63,964 nucleotides of DNA, filler included, from an uncultured Acidimicrobiia bacterium (GCA_964347285.1; 11 parts of 11 records of this genome joined end to end with filler, not necessarily neighbours in it); one strand, 5' to 3'; shown: positions 50,600 through 61,867, numbered from the whole stretch's first letter. Program-made: numbers and translations. Notes: a model not told the origin generated them from the letters alone.

Positions 50600-52146
50600 G
50601 GCACGACCACCCGGTCTCCGGGCCGGAGACCGTTGGAGACGACCTCGACCAGGCCCTCCGAGTAGAAGCCGGGATCGACGGCGACCAGGCGGGTGTCACC
50701 CGAGCCGACCTCGACCTCGACGGCGTAGCCGCCCTCCCGGAGCGCTATCAGCGCCGTCACCGGAACGGCCATGACGTCCTCCCGAGAGTCGGTCAACACC
50801 TCGACGTCGACGGGGGCTTCGTCGAGGCCGGCGGCGGCGGCCGGGTCGTCGAGCACGATCTCGACCTCGAAGGTCGATTCGCCCTGGGCATCGGTCGAGG
50901 CCACCGTGCCCACCTCGGTGATGGTTCCCGGCGTCCGGGTCCCGTCGGGGAGGACGACCGTCACCGCGCCGCCTTCGGCCATCTTGCCCTGATCGGCGGC
51001 GGGTAGGGCGACGGTCACCACCGTTTCCGCCGAAGACGTGGCCAGCACCTGTCCGCCGTCTCGAATCGGGGTGCCGGCCACCGCCACGACGCCGATCACC
51101 CGTATGGCTTCGGGCAGGAACACCACCTCGCCCAGGTCGACGACGCCGTCGCGTTCGGCCCCGATGTCTTTCTGCCATTCCCCGACGGCCGCTTCTGTGG
51201 AGGAATCGAAAGTGTCGTCTGTGGTGTTCGCCGGGTAGCCGAGTTCGGCGAGCGCAGCTTCCAGCTGGGCCACGTCGGCACCGGCGATGGAAGCGCGGGC
51301 CGTGACGACCGTCATCACCGACTCGCCGCTGCGGACGGCCTGGCCGACGGCGACGGTCACCATTTCGACCTCGACCGGGCCGGGCAGGAACACCACCTCG
51401 CCGAGTTCGACCACTCCGTCTTCCTCAGCGCCGATGTCCTCCTGCCAGCGCTCCACCATGGCCTCGGTCACAGCGGTGAAGTTTTCGTTGATGGTCACGT
51501 CGCCGTCGGGGTCGTAACCGAGGTCGACCAGGGCCTGCTCGAGCTGTTGAGTGTCGGGACCTGCCTCGACGCCGTTGCGGAGGGTGCGGTAGGCGGGCAG
51601 ATCGCCGTACAGGAGCACCACCGGCTCGTCGGCCACCGCGTAGAGGATGTCGCCCGACTGCAGCAGCGTTCCTTCATCGGCGACCGACGTCAGCGTTCCC
51701 TCGACGTGGTTGACCACGGCCTCCATCTCCGGCTCGAGCCCGATGTCCCGGAAGGCCGGCTGGGCGCCGAACAACAGCACCACCGGTTCGCCGTCGACCC
51801 GGTAGAGGATGTCGCCCTGGGCAATCGTGTCGCCTTCTTGGGCGGTGGAGGTGATCGTGCCGTCGAGACGGCTGAGTACCGGATCGCCGGTGGAACGGCC
51901 CAGGGTGCCGGCGAACTCCTCGGTCTCGGTCAGATCGGCGATCACCACCTCGGCCACATCCGTGCCGCCCTCGGCAGCCGTCTCGCCCTCCGATTCGGAA
52001 AACGCTCCCAGCAACCACCACGCCGCGCCCCCGGCGGCGATCACGACGACGGCCGCCGCCCAGGGCCAACGGCGGCGTCGGCGCCCCTCAGTCACCGCGA
52101 CCTCCGCGGCCGGTGCGCCTCGGGGTTCGGTTCCGATCGCGCTCAC
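50596..52146 (-). CDS. membrane-fusion/adaptor protein with two peptidoglycan-binding domains
   Basis: N-terminal TM segment; duplicated LY.V.GEPVVLL.G; two G.D..QLE.AL..LGY...WQ.DIG..DGVV.LGEVVFLP units. Confidence 0.85.
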   Translation of the reverse strand: MSAIGTEPRGAPAAEVAVTEGRRRRRWPWAAAVVVIAAGGAAWWLLGAFSESEGETAAEGGTDVAEVVIADLTETEEFAGTLGRSTGDPVLSRLDGTITSTAQEGDTIAQGDILYRVDGEPVVLLFGAQPAFRDIGLEPEMEAVVNHVEGTLTSVADEGTLLQSGDILYAVADEPVVLLYGDLPAYRTLRNGVEAGPDTQQLEQALVDLGYDPDGDVTINENFTAVTEAMVERWQEDIGAEEDGVVELGEVVFLPGPVEVEMVTVAVGQAVRSGESVMTVVTARASIAGADVAQLEAALAELGYPANTTDDTFDSSTEAAVGEWQKDIGAERDGVVDLGEVVFLPEAIRVIGVVAVAGTPIRDGGQVLATSSAETVVTVALPAADQGKMAEGGAVTVVLPDGTRTPGTITEVGTVASTDAQGESTFEVEIVLDDPAAAAGLDEAPVDVEVLTDSREDVMAVPVTALIALREGGYAVEVEVGSGDTRLVAVDPGFYSEGLVEVVSNGLRPGDRVVVP

Positions 52147-52739
52147 CCGCCGTCACCGGGGGGAGGTTCGCCCCGACCGGGGCCCCGGCCCGGTCGATCA
52201 CCAAGACCGGCCTCGGAGAAGACGTCCCGACACACCTCGTCGGCGGCCGCGAAGGCGGGATCCCCGGGGTCAATGTCACCGAAAGGCCCACGGCCGTCGC
52301 CGGGCCCAGGTCCAGAGAAGTCGGGGTCGGGCATGTCGACGCCGTGGTCGCGCATGCAGCCGGCGTATGCCAAGAGCGTGTCCTCGATGACGGCGCGGTC
52401 CTGCCCCAGTAACCCGATAGTGACTCCGTCCAGGTGCTCTCGGCACGCTTCACGGGCCGCGACGGCCGCTTCCCGATCGACCTCGCCGACGCCGCTTTGC
52501 CGGAGGCGCCGGAGGCGCAGGTTTCCGTCTCCATCGAGGGTGGGATCCTCCATATCGACTCCGTGCTCGCGCATGCAGGCGGCGAAGTCCAGGAGCGCCT
52601 GCTCGGTGTCGGCTTCTGCCTCGGCTTCGGAGCCCACATCGTCGGGAGTTGCGTCGGACAGGCTGGCCACCCCTTGGCCCCCCCCACAGGAGGCCACCAG
52701 CAGCGCAGCCGACGCGGCAAAGGACAGTAGCCGCACCAT
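52143..52739 (-). CDS. lipoprotein with two CMRxxG repeats
   Basis: RBS aggag; lipobox LVASC; FAACMREHGVDMEDP and YAGCMRDHGVDMPDP. Confidence 0.8.
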   Translation of the reverse strand: MVRLLSFAASAALLVASCGGGQGVASLSDATPDDVGSEAEAEADTEQALLDFAACMREHGVDMEDPTLDGDGNLRLRRLRQSGVGEVDREAAVAAREACREHLDGVTIGLLGQDRAVIEDTLLAYAGCMRDHGVDMPDPDFSGPGPGDGRGPFGDIDPGDPAFAAADEVCRDVFSEAGLGDRPGRGPGRGEPPPGDGG

Positions 52740-52791
52740 GGATGTCTCCTGGTCGATTCCGGCCATCGTTCGCTCATGGTCTCGAAGCGGG

Positions 52792-52808
52792 CTAAGAGGG
52801 ACATGAGA
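52792..52808 (-). promoter_or_regulatory. MprA-box-like tandem hexamer
   Basis: minus strand TCTCAT-N5-TCTTAG upstream of the lipoprotein-ABC operon; MprA-like regulator nearby. Confidence 0.4.
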
Positions 52809-52820
52809 AGGTTCCGGAGC

Positions 52821-53438
52821 TCACTCGTCGCTGCCGCCGAGTCGGCGGGGGGGATTGTCGGCCAGGTCGCCGATTCCGGCGAAGGCGCGGGGCCGGCACA
52901 CCTCGTCGGCGGCGATGAACTCGGGGTCCTCGATATCGATGGCGCCGAAGGGCCCGATCGCCTCGATGTCGACCGGCTCCTCGCTGGGGGGCCCGAGGAT
53001 GCGGCGCAGGAACCCCGACAGATCGGGGTCGGGCATGTCGAAGCCCTCCTCTCGCATGCAAGCGGCGTAGGCGTACAGGCTGTCCTCGATCTGGGTGCGG
53101 TCGAATCCGAGGCCGGTGAGGGTCACCGCCTCCAAAGTGTCGGCACAGGCGTCCCGGGCCTCCAGCAGCTCGTCCGGATCGAATTCCTCCAATCCCGCCC
53201 CACCGCCGAAGCGGATGGTGCCGTCTTCGTCGAACTCGGGATCGGGGATGTCGATGCCCTCCTCACGCACGCACTGTGCAAAGGCCAACAAGGCGTCCTC
53301 AGATGCCTGCCTAGCATCGACCTCCTCCTCCACAATGGGCTCCTCCACATCACGCAGTGAGGCCACCCCGGTGTCCTCACCTCCTCCGCCGCAGGAAGCG
53401 GCGAGCACGGCCAATGCGGCGAGAGCGAACTTCCTCAC
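52821..53438 (-). CDS. lipoprotein paralogous to 52143-52739
   Basis: lipobox LAASC; FAQCVREEGIDIPDP and YAACMREEGFDMPDP; both share GPFG.ID..DP.F.AADEVCR. Confidence 0.8.
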   Translation of the reverse strand: MRKFALAALAVLAASCGGGGEDTGVASLRDVEEPIVEEEVDARQASEDALLAFAQCVREEGIDIPDPEFDEDGTIRFGGGAGLEEFDPDELLEARDACADTLEAVTLTGLGFDRTQIEDSLYAYAACMREEGFDMPDPDLSGFLRRILGPPSEEPVDIEAIGPFGAIDIEDPEFIAADEVCRPRAFAGIGDLADNPPRRLGGSDE

Positions 53439-53560
53439 GGCTCCATCGTACGGCCCGGACGACCTATGAGATCGGACGAGGGCCGGCTTCACACCATTCT
53501 TAGGACTAGGCGCGACTCTGGCACCATGGCCGGTGCACGCACACGGGAGTACGGAGCATC

Positions 53561-54247
53561 ATGACCACCGGGGCGGCCAAGATCCTCGTGGCCGAGGACG
53601 ACAAGGCGGTCCGCGATTCCCTGGACCGGGCCCTCCGCCTCGAGGGCTACGAGGTGACGCTGGCGAGCGACGGCGCCAAAGCCCTCGATGCCGTCAAGAC
53701 TGCGCCGATCGACGTAATCGTCCTCGACATCATGATGCCCTACGTGGACGGACTCACCGTCTGCCGTGAGCTGCGGCGCCGGGGGACCGACACGCCGATC
53801 CTCATGCTCACGGCCCGGACCGAGGTCTCGGATCGAGTGGCCGGTCTCGACGCCGGGGCCGACGACTACCTGCCCAAGCCGTTCGCCCTCGAGGAGATGC
53901 TGGCCCGAGTGCGGGCGCTCTTGCGCCGCACCGCTCCCCCCGACGGCTCCGCCATGTCGTACGCCGACCTGACCCTCGACCCGGCCACCCGCCGGGTGCA
54001 GCGGGGAGAGCGCGAGGTGAATCTCACCAAGACCGAGTTCGATCTGTTGGAGCTGCTCATGCTCAATGCCGGCATCGTCCTGGCACGCGACACCATCTAC
54101 GAGCACATCTGGGGCTACGACTTCAGCACCACGTCCAACTCACTGGACGTCTACATCGGCTACCTGCGCCGTAAGACCGAAGAGGGCGGAGAGCCGCGCC
54201 TCATCCATACGGTGCGAGGCGTCGGCTTCGTGCTCCGAGACTCGTGA
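53561..54247 (+). CDS. OmpR-family response regulator (MprA-like)
   Basis: [52 protein letters not shown]; followed by an overlapping GTGA start (54244) of a probable kinase cut by the contig end. Confidence 0.95.
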   Translation: MTTGAAKILVAEDDKAVRDSLDRALRLEGYEVTLASDGAKALDAVKTAPIDVIVLDIMMPYVDGLTVCRELRRRGTDTPILMLTARTEVSDRVAGLDAGADDYLPKPFALEEMLARVRALLRRTAPPDGSAMSYADLTLDPATRRVQRGEREVNLTKTEFDLLELLMLNAGIVLARDTIYEHIWGYDFSTTSNSLDVYIGYLRRKTEEGGEPRLIHTVRGVGFVLRDS

Positions 54248-54369
54248 GTCTCCGGGGCCGCATCACGCTNNNNNNNNNNNNNNNNNNNNNNNNNNNNNNN
54301 NNNNNNNNNNNNNTTAATTAATTAANNNNNNNNNNNNNNNNNNNNNNNNNNNNNNNNNNNNNNNNNNNN

Positions 54370-56155
54370 CCGAGAACATGTCGTCGCCGTACACCTTCGA
54401 CCACAGGTAGCCGTAGTAGCCGGCGTCGTAGCCGCCCATCAGGTGGCCAAAGCTGGCGGCTGGGAACGTGTCCTCGTGGACCGGCAGGCCGGTGACGTCG
54501 TACTCACGTCGGTACAGCTCCTCGAGATCTATCGGCATCTCGGTTCCGTGCATGCCCATGTCGAGCCGGCCCAGGAAGACCTGGCGAAGCGTGAAGGTCG
54601 CCTCGTTGAGATTGCGGGCCGCCACCAGCTGCTCGACGATTTCAGCGGGAATGGGCTCGCCGGTCTCGTAATCACGGGCAAAGAGCGCCAGCACGTCCGC
54701 TTGCCAGCACCAATGCTGCATGATCTGTGAGGGGGCTTCGACGAAATCCCATTCGGTCTCGGCACCCGAAAACCGGATCAGCTCTGTCGTGCTGAGGCAG
54801 TTGTGGAGGATGTGACCGAACTCGTGGAACAGGGTCTCCACCTCGTCGTGGCGGAGTAGGGCAGGCTGGTCGCCTCCGGGCTTGGTGAAGTTGGCGATGA
54901 GGGCGGCCACCGGTTTCACCCGCGTGCCGTCGGACGGACTGTGACCGGCGATGAGCCGCCACACCGCCATGTGGGTGTATTTCCCCTCGCGGGGGAACCA
55001 GTCGGCGTAGAAATGAGCGATGGCCTCGCCGGAGTCTCGGTCGATCACCTCGTAGAGCTGGACGTCGGGATGCCAGGCCTTGGCATCGTCGACGAGGCGA
55101 TAGTCCAGGCCGAAGACGTCCCCGGTGATCGAGAACATCCCATCGATCACCCCCTGGAGCGGGAAGTAGCGGGCGATTTCGCTGGGATCGATGCCGAACT
55201 CGCGCTTGCGGCGTTCGTTGTCGTAGTAGAAGACGTCCCAGGTCCGCAGCTCGGCGCCCGGGTGGTCTTCGGCGAGCATCTCGGCCATGGCGGCCCGCTC
55301 GGGAGCGGACAACTTCTCCAGCCCGGGAACGAGCTCGTCGTAGAACTGCTCGACGGCCGAGGGCTCCTTGGCCATCTTCACGTCCAGCGCATAGTCGGCC
55401 CACGACTCGAGCCCGAAGAGACCGGCCATGCGGTGGCGGATCTGAACCGCCTCTTCGAGCAGCGGCCGATTGGCGGGCACCGAGGTCCACATTTTGAACT
55501 CGAGTCGCCGCCGGAGATCGCGGCGGCGCGCCTGGCGCATGAACGGGAAGTATTCGGGATAGTCGAGGCTGACCCGGTACGTCCCCTCCGTCTGGCCCTC
55601 GGGGAGCTTTTCGACGTAGTCGTCGGGAAGCCCGTCCAGTTCCTCCCGGGTGAGCTCGAGATGATCGCGGTACTCGTCGACATTGCGCTGAAAGGCGACC
55701 TCCAGCTCGACGAGGCGCTGCTTGAGGCGCTGTAGCTCGTTGCGCTGGTCGGCGGCCAGCTCGTGCCCGGCCCGACGGAAGTCGCGCAGCAGGTGGTCGA
55801 GGAGGCGAAGGCGCTCTCCCTGGAGAGCGGATCCTTCGTCCGTCTCCGAGAACTCCTCGACCGCCCGATACAGGTCTTCCCGGAAGACGAGGTCGGCCAT
55901 CCATTTGCTGATTCGCTCGTCGGCCCGGGTGGCGGCGTCTCGCACCTCCGGGTCGGGGTGGACCCGGGCCATGAACGCTCCCTGGGAATAGGCCTCGGTC
56001 AGGGTGCGGGCGACCCCCTCGAGCGGATCGAGAGTTCCTGTGTAGGTCCGCTCGCCTCCGAGGGCGGCGGCCACCTCGGCCTCGGCGGCGGCGATGCCCG
56101 CCTCGGTCAGCTCGGTGATCCCGGCCGGGGTGACGTCGGCGTAGTCGTACAACAT
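54370..56155 (-). CDS. M3 family metallopeptidase (thimet-oligopeptidase-like; 3'-partial)
   Basis: TLFHEFGH, DFVEAPSQ, FGHLMGGYDAGYYGYLWS. Confidence 0.93.
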
Positions 56156-56244
56156 GGCGGCAAAGCGTAGCGGGGCGGACCGGGCCAAAACTCGGGCCGG
56201 AGAGGCGGCGCGAGGCGAGCTTGGGGAGATAGCCTTGGCCGGCT

Positions 56245-57096
56245 TTGAGGACTCCTGTCCGCCAATCTTTGCGCCTCCTCCTCGGGTTCTGGCACCGCTT
56301 CCGTGAATTGGACCCGGGGTTGATGGCGGCGGCGGTGGCCTACAACGCCTTCTTGGCCCTGGTGCCTCTGGGTATCGCCGCCGTCACGATTCTGTCTTTC
56401 CTGGGTCGGGACGGCGAGGCCCTCGAGCAGGTCCAGGAAACCCTCGAGTTGTTCGTACCGGCCGACGTGACCGAGTTCTTCACCGATCTGGTCACCAGCA
56501 CGGCCGAGATCGTGCAGGGCCAGCAGGGGTGGATCATCGCCGTCAGCCTGCTGGTGGCCATCTACTCGGGGTCGCGCGGTGTGGTCGCCTTGCAGCTCGC
56601 CCTCCGCCGCATCGAACGCATCGAGGAGAGAAGGCCCGGCTGGCTGCGCCGGATCGTGGCCATCGGCCTGACCCTGGGTGCCGGAGCGATGACCCTGGTC
56701 GCCTCGGCGGCACTCCTGGCCGGGGAGTCGGTCGCCGAGTTCTTCGCAGAGCTGATCGATACCCCCACAGTTCAGGACCTCTGGCAACGGCTCCGTCTCC
56801 CTACCGCGGTGGCGGTCGTCTACGTGTTCATGTTTGCGGTGTATCGCTGGGGGCCGCCCCGGCCGATTCCGCGCTCGGCGCTGGCCGCCGCGGTAGGTAC
56901 GGCCGGTGCCCTGGTCACCAGCCTCGGGTTCGGCTGGTATCTGTCTGCGGTCGGCCTGGGGTCCACGTATGGAGTGCTCGGCGCAGTGGCCATCACGCTG
57001 CTCTGGCTGTACATCACGACGTACACGATCCTGTTGGGGGCCGCTCTGGTGGCCTTCGGCAGGCGGACCGGCCTCATCGAGGCGAAGCCGCATTAG
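56245..57096 (+). CDS. YihY/BrkB family membrane protein
   Basis: AAAVAYNAFLALVP, TYG.LGAV...LLWLY....ILLGA. Confidence 0.88.
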   Translation: MRTPVRQSLRLLLGFWHRFRELDPGLMAAAVAYNAFLALVPLGIAAVTILSFLGRDGEALEQVQETLELFVPADVTEFFTDLVTSTAEIVQGQQGWIIAVSLLVAIYSGSRGVVALQLALRRIERIEERRPGWLRRIVAIGLTLGAGAMTLVASAALLAGESVAEFFAELIDTPTVQDLWQRLRLPTAVAVVYVFMFAVYRWGPPRPIPRSALAAAVGTAGALVTSLGFGWYLSAVGLGSTYGVLGAVAITLLWLYITTYTILLGAALVAFGRRTGLIEAKPH

Positions 57097-57125
57097 TGGC
57101 TGACAGAGGTCCCACGGCGGCGGAG

Positions 57126-57899
57126 TCAGGCGTTGTGCTCGTCGCGCCAGGCGATCCAGTCCGCCATCGGGCTCAAGTCGAAGTCGGGGCCGTCGAACTC
57201 CAGTGTGAATTGCTCCACTCCGGCGGCTGCGAATTCGTCGGCCTTGTCGATGCGTCCGGGGTCGTTGATGCCGGCCGAGCGTTCGATGTCGCCGGGGTCC
57301 CGTCCCACCCGCGCACACCACTCGTTCAAGACCTCGTTCTTGTGCGCGATGGAATCGGGCCCGCCGAATCCGTGCCAGATGTCGGCGTGCTGGGCGGTGA
57401 TGCGCAAGGTCACCTTCTCTCCGCCGCCACCGATGAGGATCGGCATCGGGCGGGGAGGCGGGGGGTTCAGCAATCCCAGACGCTTCCTGATGCGCGGCAA
57501 CGCCTCGTCGAGTGCCCCCAGCCGTTGTCCGGCGGTCCCGAACGGGTAGCCGTATTCCTGGTAATCCCTGCGGTACCAGCCGGCTCCGATGCCGAGGATG
57601 ACTCGGCCCCCGGCGATGTGGTCCACCGTACGGGCCATGTCGGCGAGTAGCTCCGGGTTGCGATAGGAATTGCAGGAGACCAGTGGCCCGAGCTCGACCC
57701 TCTCGGTCGCTTGGGCCCAAGCGCCCAGCATCGACCAGCACTCGAAGTGCTTGCCGTCGGGATCGCCGAAGAGGGGAAAGAAGTGATCCCAGTTGTAGAC
57801 GATGTCGACGCCCATCTCCTCGGCGCGGACCACGGCGGCGAGGATGTCGCTCATCTCGGCATGCTGGGGCTGGAGCTGGACCCCGATGCGGACCCCCAT
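57126..57899 (-). CDS. LLM-class F420-dependent oxidoreductase
   Basis: WDHFFP, NSYRNPELLADMARTVDHI.GGR.ILGIGAGW, PILIGGGGEK. Confidence 0.92.
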   Translation of the reverse strand: MGVRIGVQLQPQHAEMSDILAAVVRAEEMGVDIVYNWDHFFPLFGDPDGKHFECWSMLGAWAQATERVELGPLVSCNSYRNPELLADMARTVDHIAGGRVILGIGAGWYRRDYQEYGYPFGTAGQRLGALDEALPRIRKRLGLLNPPPPRPMPILIGGGGEKVTLRITAQHADIWHGFGGPDSIAHKNEVLNEWCARVGRDPGDIERSAGINDPGRIDKADEFAAAGVEQFTLEFDGPDFDLSPMADWIAWRDEHNA

Positions 57900-57947
57900 G
57901 CGTAACCTCCTCGATGCGGAAAAGCCCAACCTATTGGGCGCCGGCCG

Positions 57948-58985
57948 CTACGCAAGATCGCCGGGGATCACCACCATGCGCCCGTGGGCGCGGCGACGCC
58001 CGACGGCAACGTCGAGAATCGGCCCAGCCGCCTCTCCGAGCGCCACCCTCTCCAGGTGCGGTGGCACCAGGGTGCCGTCTTCGAGCCAGGCGAGGATGCG
58101 CTCGGGGTCACCCTCCAGGCTCCCGAACGATCCCCGCAACTCGTACTCATGCGTGGCCCACAGCACCGGAGGCACGGTCACGAGGGCTTCTGTTCCCACA
58201 CCTACGGCCACCGCCACGCCGCCGGGCCGGAGGGACTTGATGGCGGCGTCGACGGTTGCCGACGCCCCGACGAACTCGGCGGCGACGTCCACGCCCCCGT
58301 CGGTGAGCAGCTTCACTTCACGACCCACCGAGGTGTCCTCCCGGACGAGGATCGCCTCGTCGGCGCCGAGGGCACGAGCCCGATCGAGGGCCGACGGATC
58401 TCGATCGATCGCAATGATCGGAGCCGCGCCGATCAGCTTGGCAACCTGGACGGCGAACGTTCCGAGGCCGCCGATTCCGATGACGGCGGCGGCATCGCCC
58501 TCCCGGAGGCCGGCCTTGCGGGCCATGGCGTGATACGCGGTCGCCCCGGCGTCGGCTGCTACCGCAGCGGCCTCGGGGGCCAATCCCGCCGGTCGGGCGA
58601 TGAGGCTGCCTCCGTCCACGACCATGGTGTCGGCCCAGCCCCCGTCGACGTCGATCCCGATGAGCATCAGCTGCTTGCACAGGTTGGACCGGCCGTCGAG
58701 ACACGGCCGGCACGTGCCGCACGCCAGCCCGGCGGCCACGACGACGAGATCGCCCTCGTTCCAGTGCGGGTGGCGGGACAGCGCCACCACACCGGCGACC
58801 TCGTGGCCGAGAGTCACCGGCACCGTGCCGGTCCGGGCCGAGCCGTCGAGGAAGTGGAGGTCGGATCCACACACGCCGCAGGCCACGACATCGACCCGCA
58901 CCTCGCCGCGACGCGGTGGGACCGGCTCGACCTCCTCGAGTCGGAGGTCGCCGACACCGTGGAAACGGAGGGCGTGAGTCGCCAC
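57948..58985 (-). CDS. zinc-dependent alcohol dehydrogenase
   Basis: CGVCGSD, GHE, CGTCRPC..G..NLC, GIGGLG. Confidence 0.93.
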   Translation of the reverse strand: MATHALRFHGVGDLRLEEVEPVPPRRGEVRVDVVACGVCGSDLHFLDGSARTGTVPVTLGHEVAGVVALSRHPHWNEGDLVVVAAGLACGTCRPCLDGRSNLCKQLMLIGIDVDGGWADTMVVDGGSLIARPAGLAPEAAAVAADAGATAYHAMARKAGLREGDAAAVIGIGGLGTFAVQVAKLIGAAPIIAIDRDPSALDRARALGADEAILVREDTSVGREVKLLTDGGVDVAAEFVGASATVDAAIKSLRPGGVAVAVGVGTEALVTVPPVLWATHEYELRGSFGSLEGDPERILAWLEDGTLVPPHLERVALGEAAGPILDVAVGRRRAHGRMVVIPGDLA

Positions 58986-59013
58986 GGACCCAGACTACGG
59001 AGTAGGCGTCGGG

Positions 59014-59472
59014 CTAAGGCAGTTCGGCCGCCTCATCCAGGTCCGCCACCGCCGAGGCCACCTCGGCCGGGCTGAGGCCGGCAGTGGGGACGCTGGCGTG
59101 TTCGATCCCGGTGGTCGCCAGCGCGTCCGGGGCCTCTTCTTCCCCGACCCAGATCACCCGCTTCACTCCCGCCTCGGCAATTCCCTCCGCCCAGGCCGCG
59201 GCCACCTCTTCCGGGCTCGCGGCGAAGGCGCGGGGGCGCTCGTCGCGGGCCGCCTCGGCCACGAGCACCGCCGAAAAGGCGTTGAGGCCGGCCCCGGCGA
59301 TGTGGGAGGCATCGGAGACGTCGCCCACGGCCACCTTGGCCCCTCGCCTCTTCATTTCCTGGCCCGCCGCGGCGTCGGAAACGAAGGCGCGTACCTCTGC
59401 AGAACGGGGTAACAGAGCCTCTACGGCCGCCACTCCGATCTCGGTGTCGGCTCCCACGACCAGCACGGGCAT
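59014..59472 (-). CDS. short NAD(P)H-binding (NmrA-like) protein
   Basis: VLVVGADTEIG Rossmann start; EVRAFV, VAVGDVSD. Confidence 0.75.
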   Translation of the reverse strand: MPVLVVGADTEIGVAAVEALLPRSAEVRAFVSDAAAGQEMKRRGAKVAVGDVSDASHIAGAGLNAFSAVLVAEAARDERPRAFAASPEEVAAAWAEGIAEAGVKRVIWVGEEEAPDALATTGIEHASVPTAGLSPAEVASAVADLDEAAELP

Positions 59473-59689
59473 ATCGGCAGGTTAGAAGGGAGCCGGGAAC
59501 GAAACGCCTCCAGCAGGCGTTGTATTAAAGGTCGGGTAGAAGGCGCCGGGGTTGGTCGGTCTTCCCCCACTCCCCACCCCCTGCTCCGGCGCCTCCCCGA
59601 TCGAACGTGTGTACGGCTATTGAGTAGCAGGGGGGCGTGTGCCACAATCCGGTCCCGGCGCTGTGAAAACAGGAGAGCAAGGCTGAGAC

Positions 59690-59982
59690 ATGGCAACGGT
59701 TGACATCGACATCGGCCGCTACCAACTGGGCTGGCACGATGAAGAGGACTACGTCTTCAAGCCTCGCAAGGGCCTCACCGAGGACATCATCCGCGAGATG
59801 TCGGCCATGAAGGGCGAGCCCCAGTGGATGCTGCTGTTTCGGCTCAAGGCCTATCAGCGGTTCTTGCGCAAGCCCATCCCCACCTGGGGCGGAGGCGGCA
59901 AGCTGACCGAGATCGACTTCGACGACATCTACTACTACATCAAGCCGACCGAGGGCCAGGCCAAGGACTGGGACATGGTCCC
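59690..59982 (+). CDS. sufB: Fe-S cluster assembly protein SufB (3'-partial)
   Basis: Y..GWHD...KGLTEDIIREMS..KGEP.WM..FRLKAY, IDFDDIYYYIKP. Confidence 0.93.
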
Positions 59983-60082
59983 NNNNNNNNNNNNNNNNNN
60001 NNNNNNNNNNNNNNNNNNNNNNNNNNTTAATTAATTAANNNNNNNNNNNNNNNNNNNNNNNNNNNNNNNNNNNNNNNNNNNN

Positions 60083-60609
60083 AGGGCGATGCCGGCCACC
60101 ACCAGCAGGCTCCCCAGGAGCCGGGAAGCCCCCCGCAGCACGCCGGGAGCCGCCCCCGTGGTCGCCAATCGGCCGGCGGCGACCGAGAGGACCAACGCGA
60201 TCGCGGTCGAACCGAGCACCGCTACCGAGCTCTCATCGACCCCGGTCGAGAGCACGATCACGAACAGCTCGGGAGTGACCAGCAGGGGAAAGGCGATCGG
60301 GACCAGTGCCGCCCCCATGCCGGGGAGCTCCGGCTCGGGGTGGCGCTGCGGGAAGACCGTCGCCCACAGCCCGGCCAGGGCGGCCACGGCGCCGGCGGCG
60401 ATCCGGAAGGATTCGGGACTGACTTCGAGGGCATCGAGGAGCCGGCCGGACAGGGCGACGCCGAGGGCGGCCAGTGCGAAGACCCCGAGCGAACCGGCCG
60501 CCGTCGGGAGCATGCGGGCCCGCTGGTCGGGGCCCTCGGGAAGGCCGAGGCGGACCCGGGCCGGGTTGACCACGGCCAGGTACGTCACCGCCAGGAAGGC
60601 CAGATTCAC
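60083..60609 (-). CDS. MarC family membrane protein (3'-partial)
   Basis: LAVVNP, G..LLDAL.VS.ESFRIAAG, LVPIAFPLL..P; GTGA overlap. Confidence 0.8.
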
Positions 60610-61772
60610 GGCGAATCCTCGAGGGCGGGAAGAGCAGCCAGCAGCGCTGCGATGGTGTGCTGCTGGTCGTCGATCTGGGTGTAGTCGCGGTAGAACCAGG
60701 CGCCCCGGGCCAGCCCGGGCCGGGGGTACCGCTCGGCCTCGGGCCCGGACACCTGGCGGGCCACCGCCATGCCGGCCATGCAGGTGAGATCGTCGGCCAT
60801 TCCGGGGGCCATGTCGGCCAGCCTGGGGTCCCGGCCGGCCAGCCGCCACAGGGCGGCCATCCCTTCACCGGAGGTAGCCACCCCCGAGGGCGGCCCCGGC
60901 CAGCCCCGCACCGCCCAGTTGAGGCCCTCACCGGTCCGCTGCGACTCCACCCGGAGCCGAACGCTGAAGAACCCGGCCAGGGCCCGGGCATATGCGATGA
61001 GGTCGTCGTCGAGGAGCTCCGGTCCCAGCTCGGCCATCCCATAGGCGGCCCAGTGATCGGGATAACGGGTGACCTGGCCTTCGAGGCGGTCTCGGTCCTC
61101 GGCGAGGTAGCGGGCCACCGCCAGGGCCGGACCGTCCCATCCTTCGGCCGGGAAGTTCCAGTGCAGCCGGGCCAGGCCCCAGAATGCCTCCCCGGTGGCG
61201 AAGATGCCGAATCGCTCGGGTACCGGGGCCCCGGTGCGTGGATCCCAAAAGGCCAGCATGCTGCCGTTGGGCTGCTGCTGGGAGACCAGGAAGCGGCCCA
61301 CGCCTTTCATCAAGTCGTCGAGGCCGGGGTCCCCGGTGGCGTCCCGGCGAGCGGCCAGGGCCGCCACCAGGAGCCCGTTGGCACCGAGGCTGATGGATCG
61401 TCCCGGGCCGCCGAACGCCACCCAATCGTCGTGGGAGACGAGGTTGTCGAGCATGTAGGCCAGGCCGGCATCGGCGCCCTTTGCGAACTGCTCGTAGCCG
61501 GCCTCGACCAGGAGGTAGAGGCTGAGCACGGCGGCGGCATGGCGCACGTCGTTGTAGTCGTCGGGGACTTCGTCGCGGTCCCGGTGGTAGCCGTAGGTGT
61601 AGCGGCCGTCGGGTTGCAGGCCCCGTCGCAGCCATTCGCCGCCGGCGACGGCGGCGGCCCGTACCTGCTCGGCCATGACCGGAGGGCAGGTTTCCGGGGG
61701 GACGACCGCCACCCGGATCAACCCTGCCCCGAGCACCCACAGGGCCAGGTGGGGAACGAGGAGGTGTCGCAC
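60606..61772 (-). CDS. membrane-anchored hypothetical protein, probable alpha/alpha-toroid enzyme-like domain
   Basis: N-terminal TM segment; QPDGRY.Y.Y, YNDVRHA, FL..QQ.PNGS, GEA..GL, DHW, QID.QQH. Confidence 0.65.
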   Translation of the reverse strand: MRHLLVPHLALWVLGAGLIRVAVVPPETCPPVMAEQVRAAAVAGGEWLRRGLQPDGRYTYGYHRDRDEVPDDYNDVRHAAAVLSLYLLVEAGYEQFAKGADAGLAYMLDNLVSHDDWVAFGGPGRSISLGANGLLVAALAARRDATGDPGLDDLMKGVGRFLVSQQQPNGSMLAFWDPRTGAPVPERFGIFATGEAFWGLARLHWNFPAEGWDGPALAVARYLAEDRDRLEGQVTRYPDHWAAYGMAELGPELLDDDLIAYARALAGFFSVRLRVESQRTGEGLNWAVRGWPGPPSGVATSGEGMAALWRLAGRDPRLADMAPGMADDLTCMAGMAVARQVSGPEAERYPRPGLARGAWFYRDYTQIDDQQHTIAALLAALPALEDSP

Positions 61773-61867
61773 TTGCGAGAGGCTAGATACTGGATCGGCT
61801 CGTCACCCGGCCTTCGCCTGGGTTTCCGGCCGACCCGCAACCGCAGGCAACTGATACGTTTCATCCC

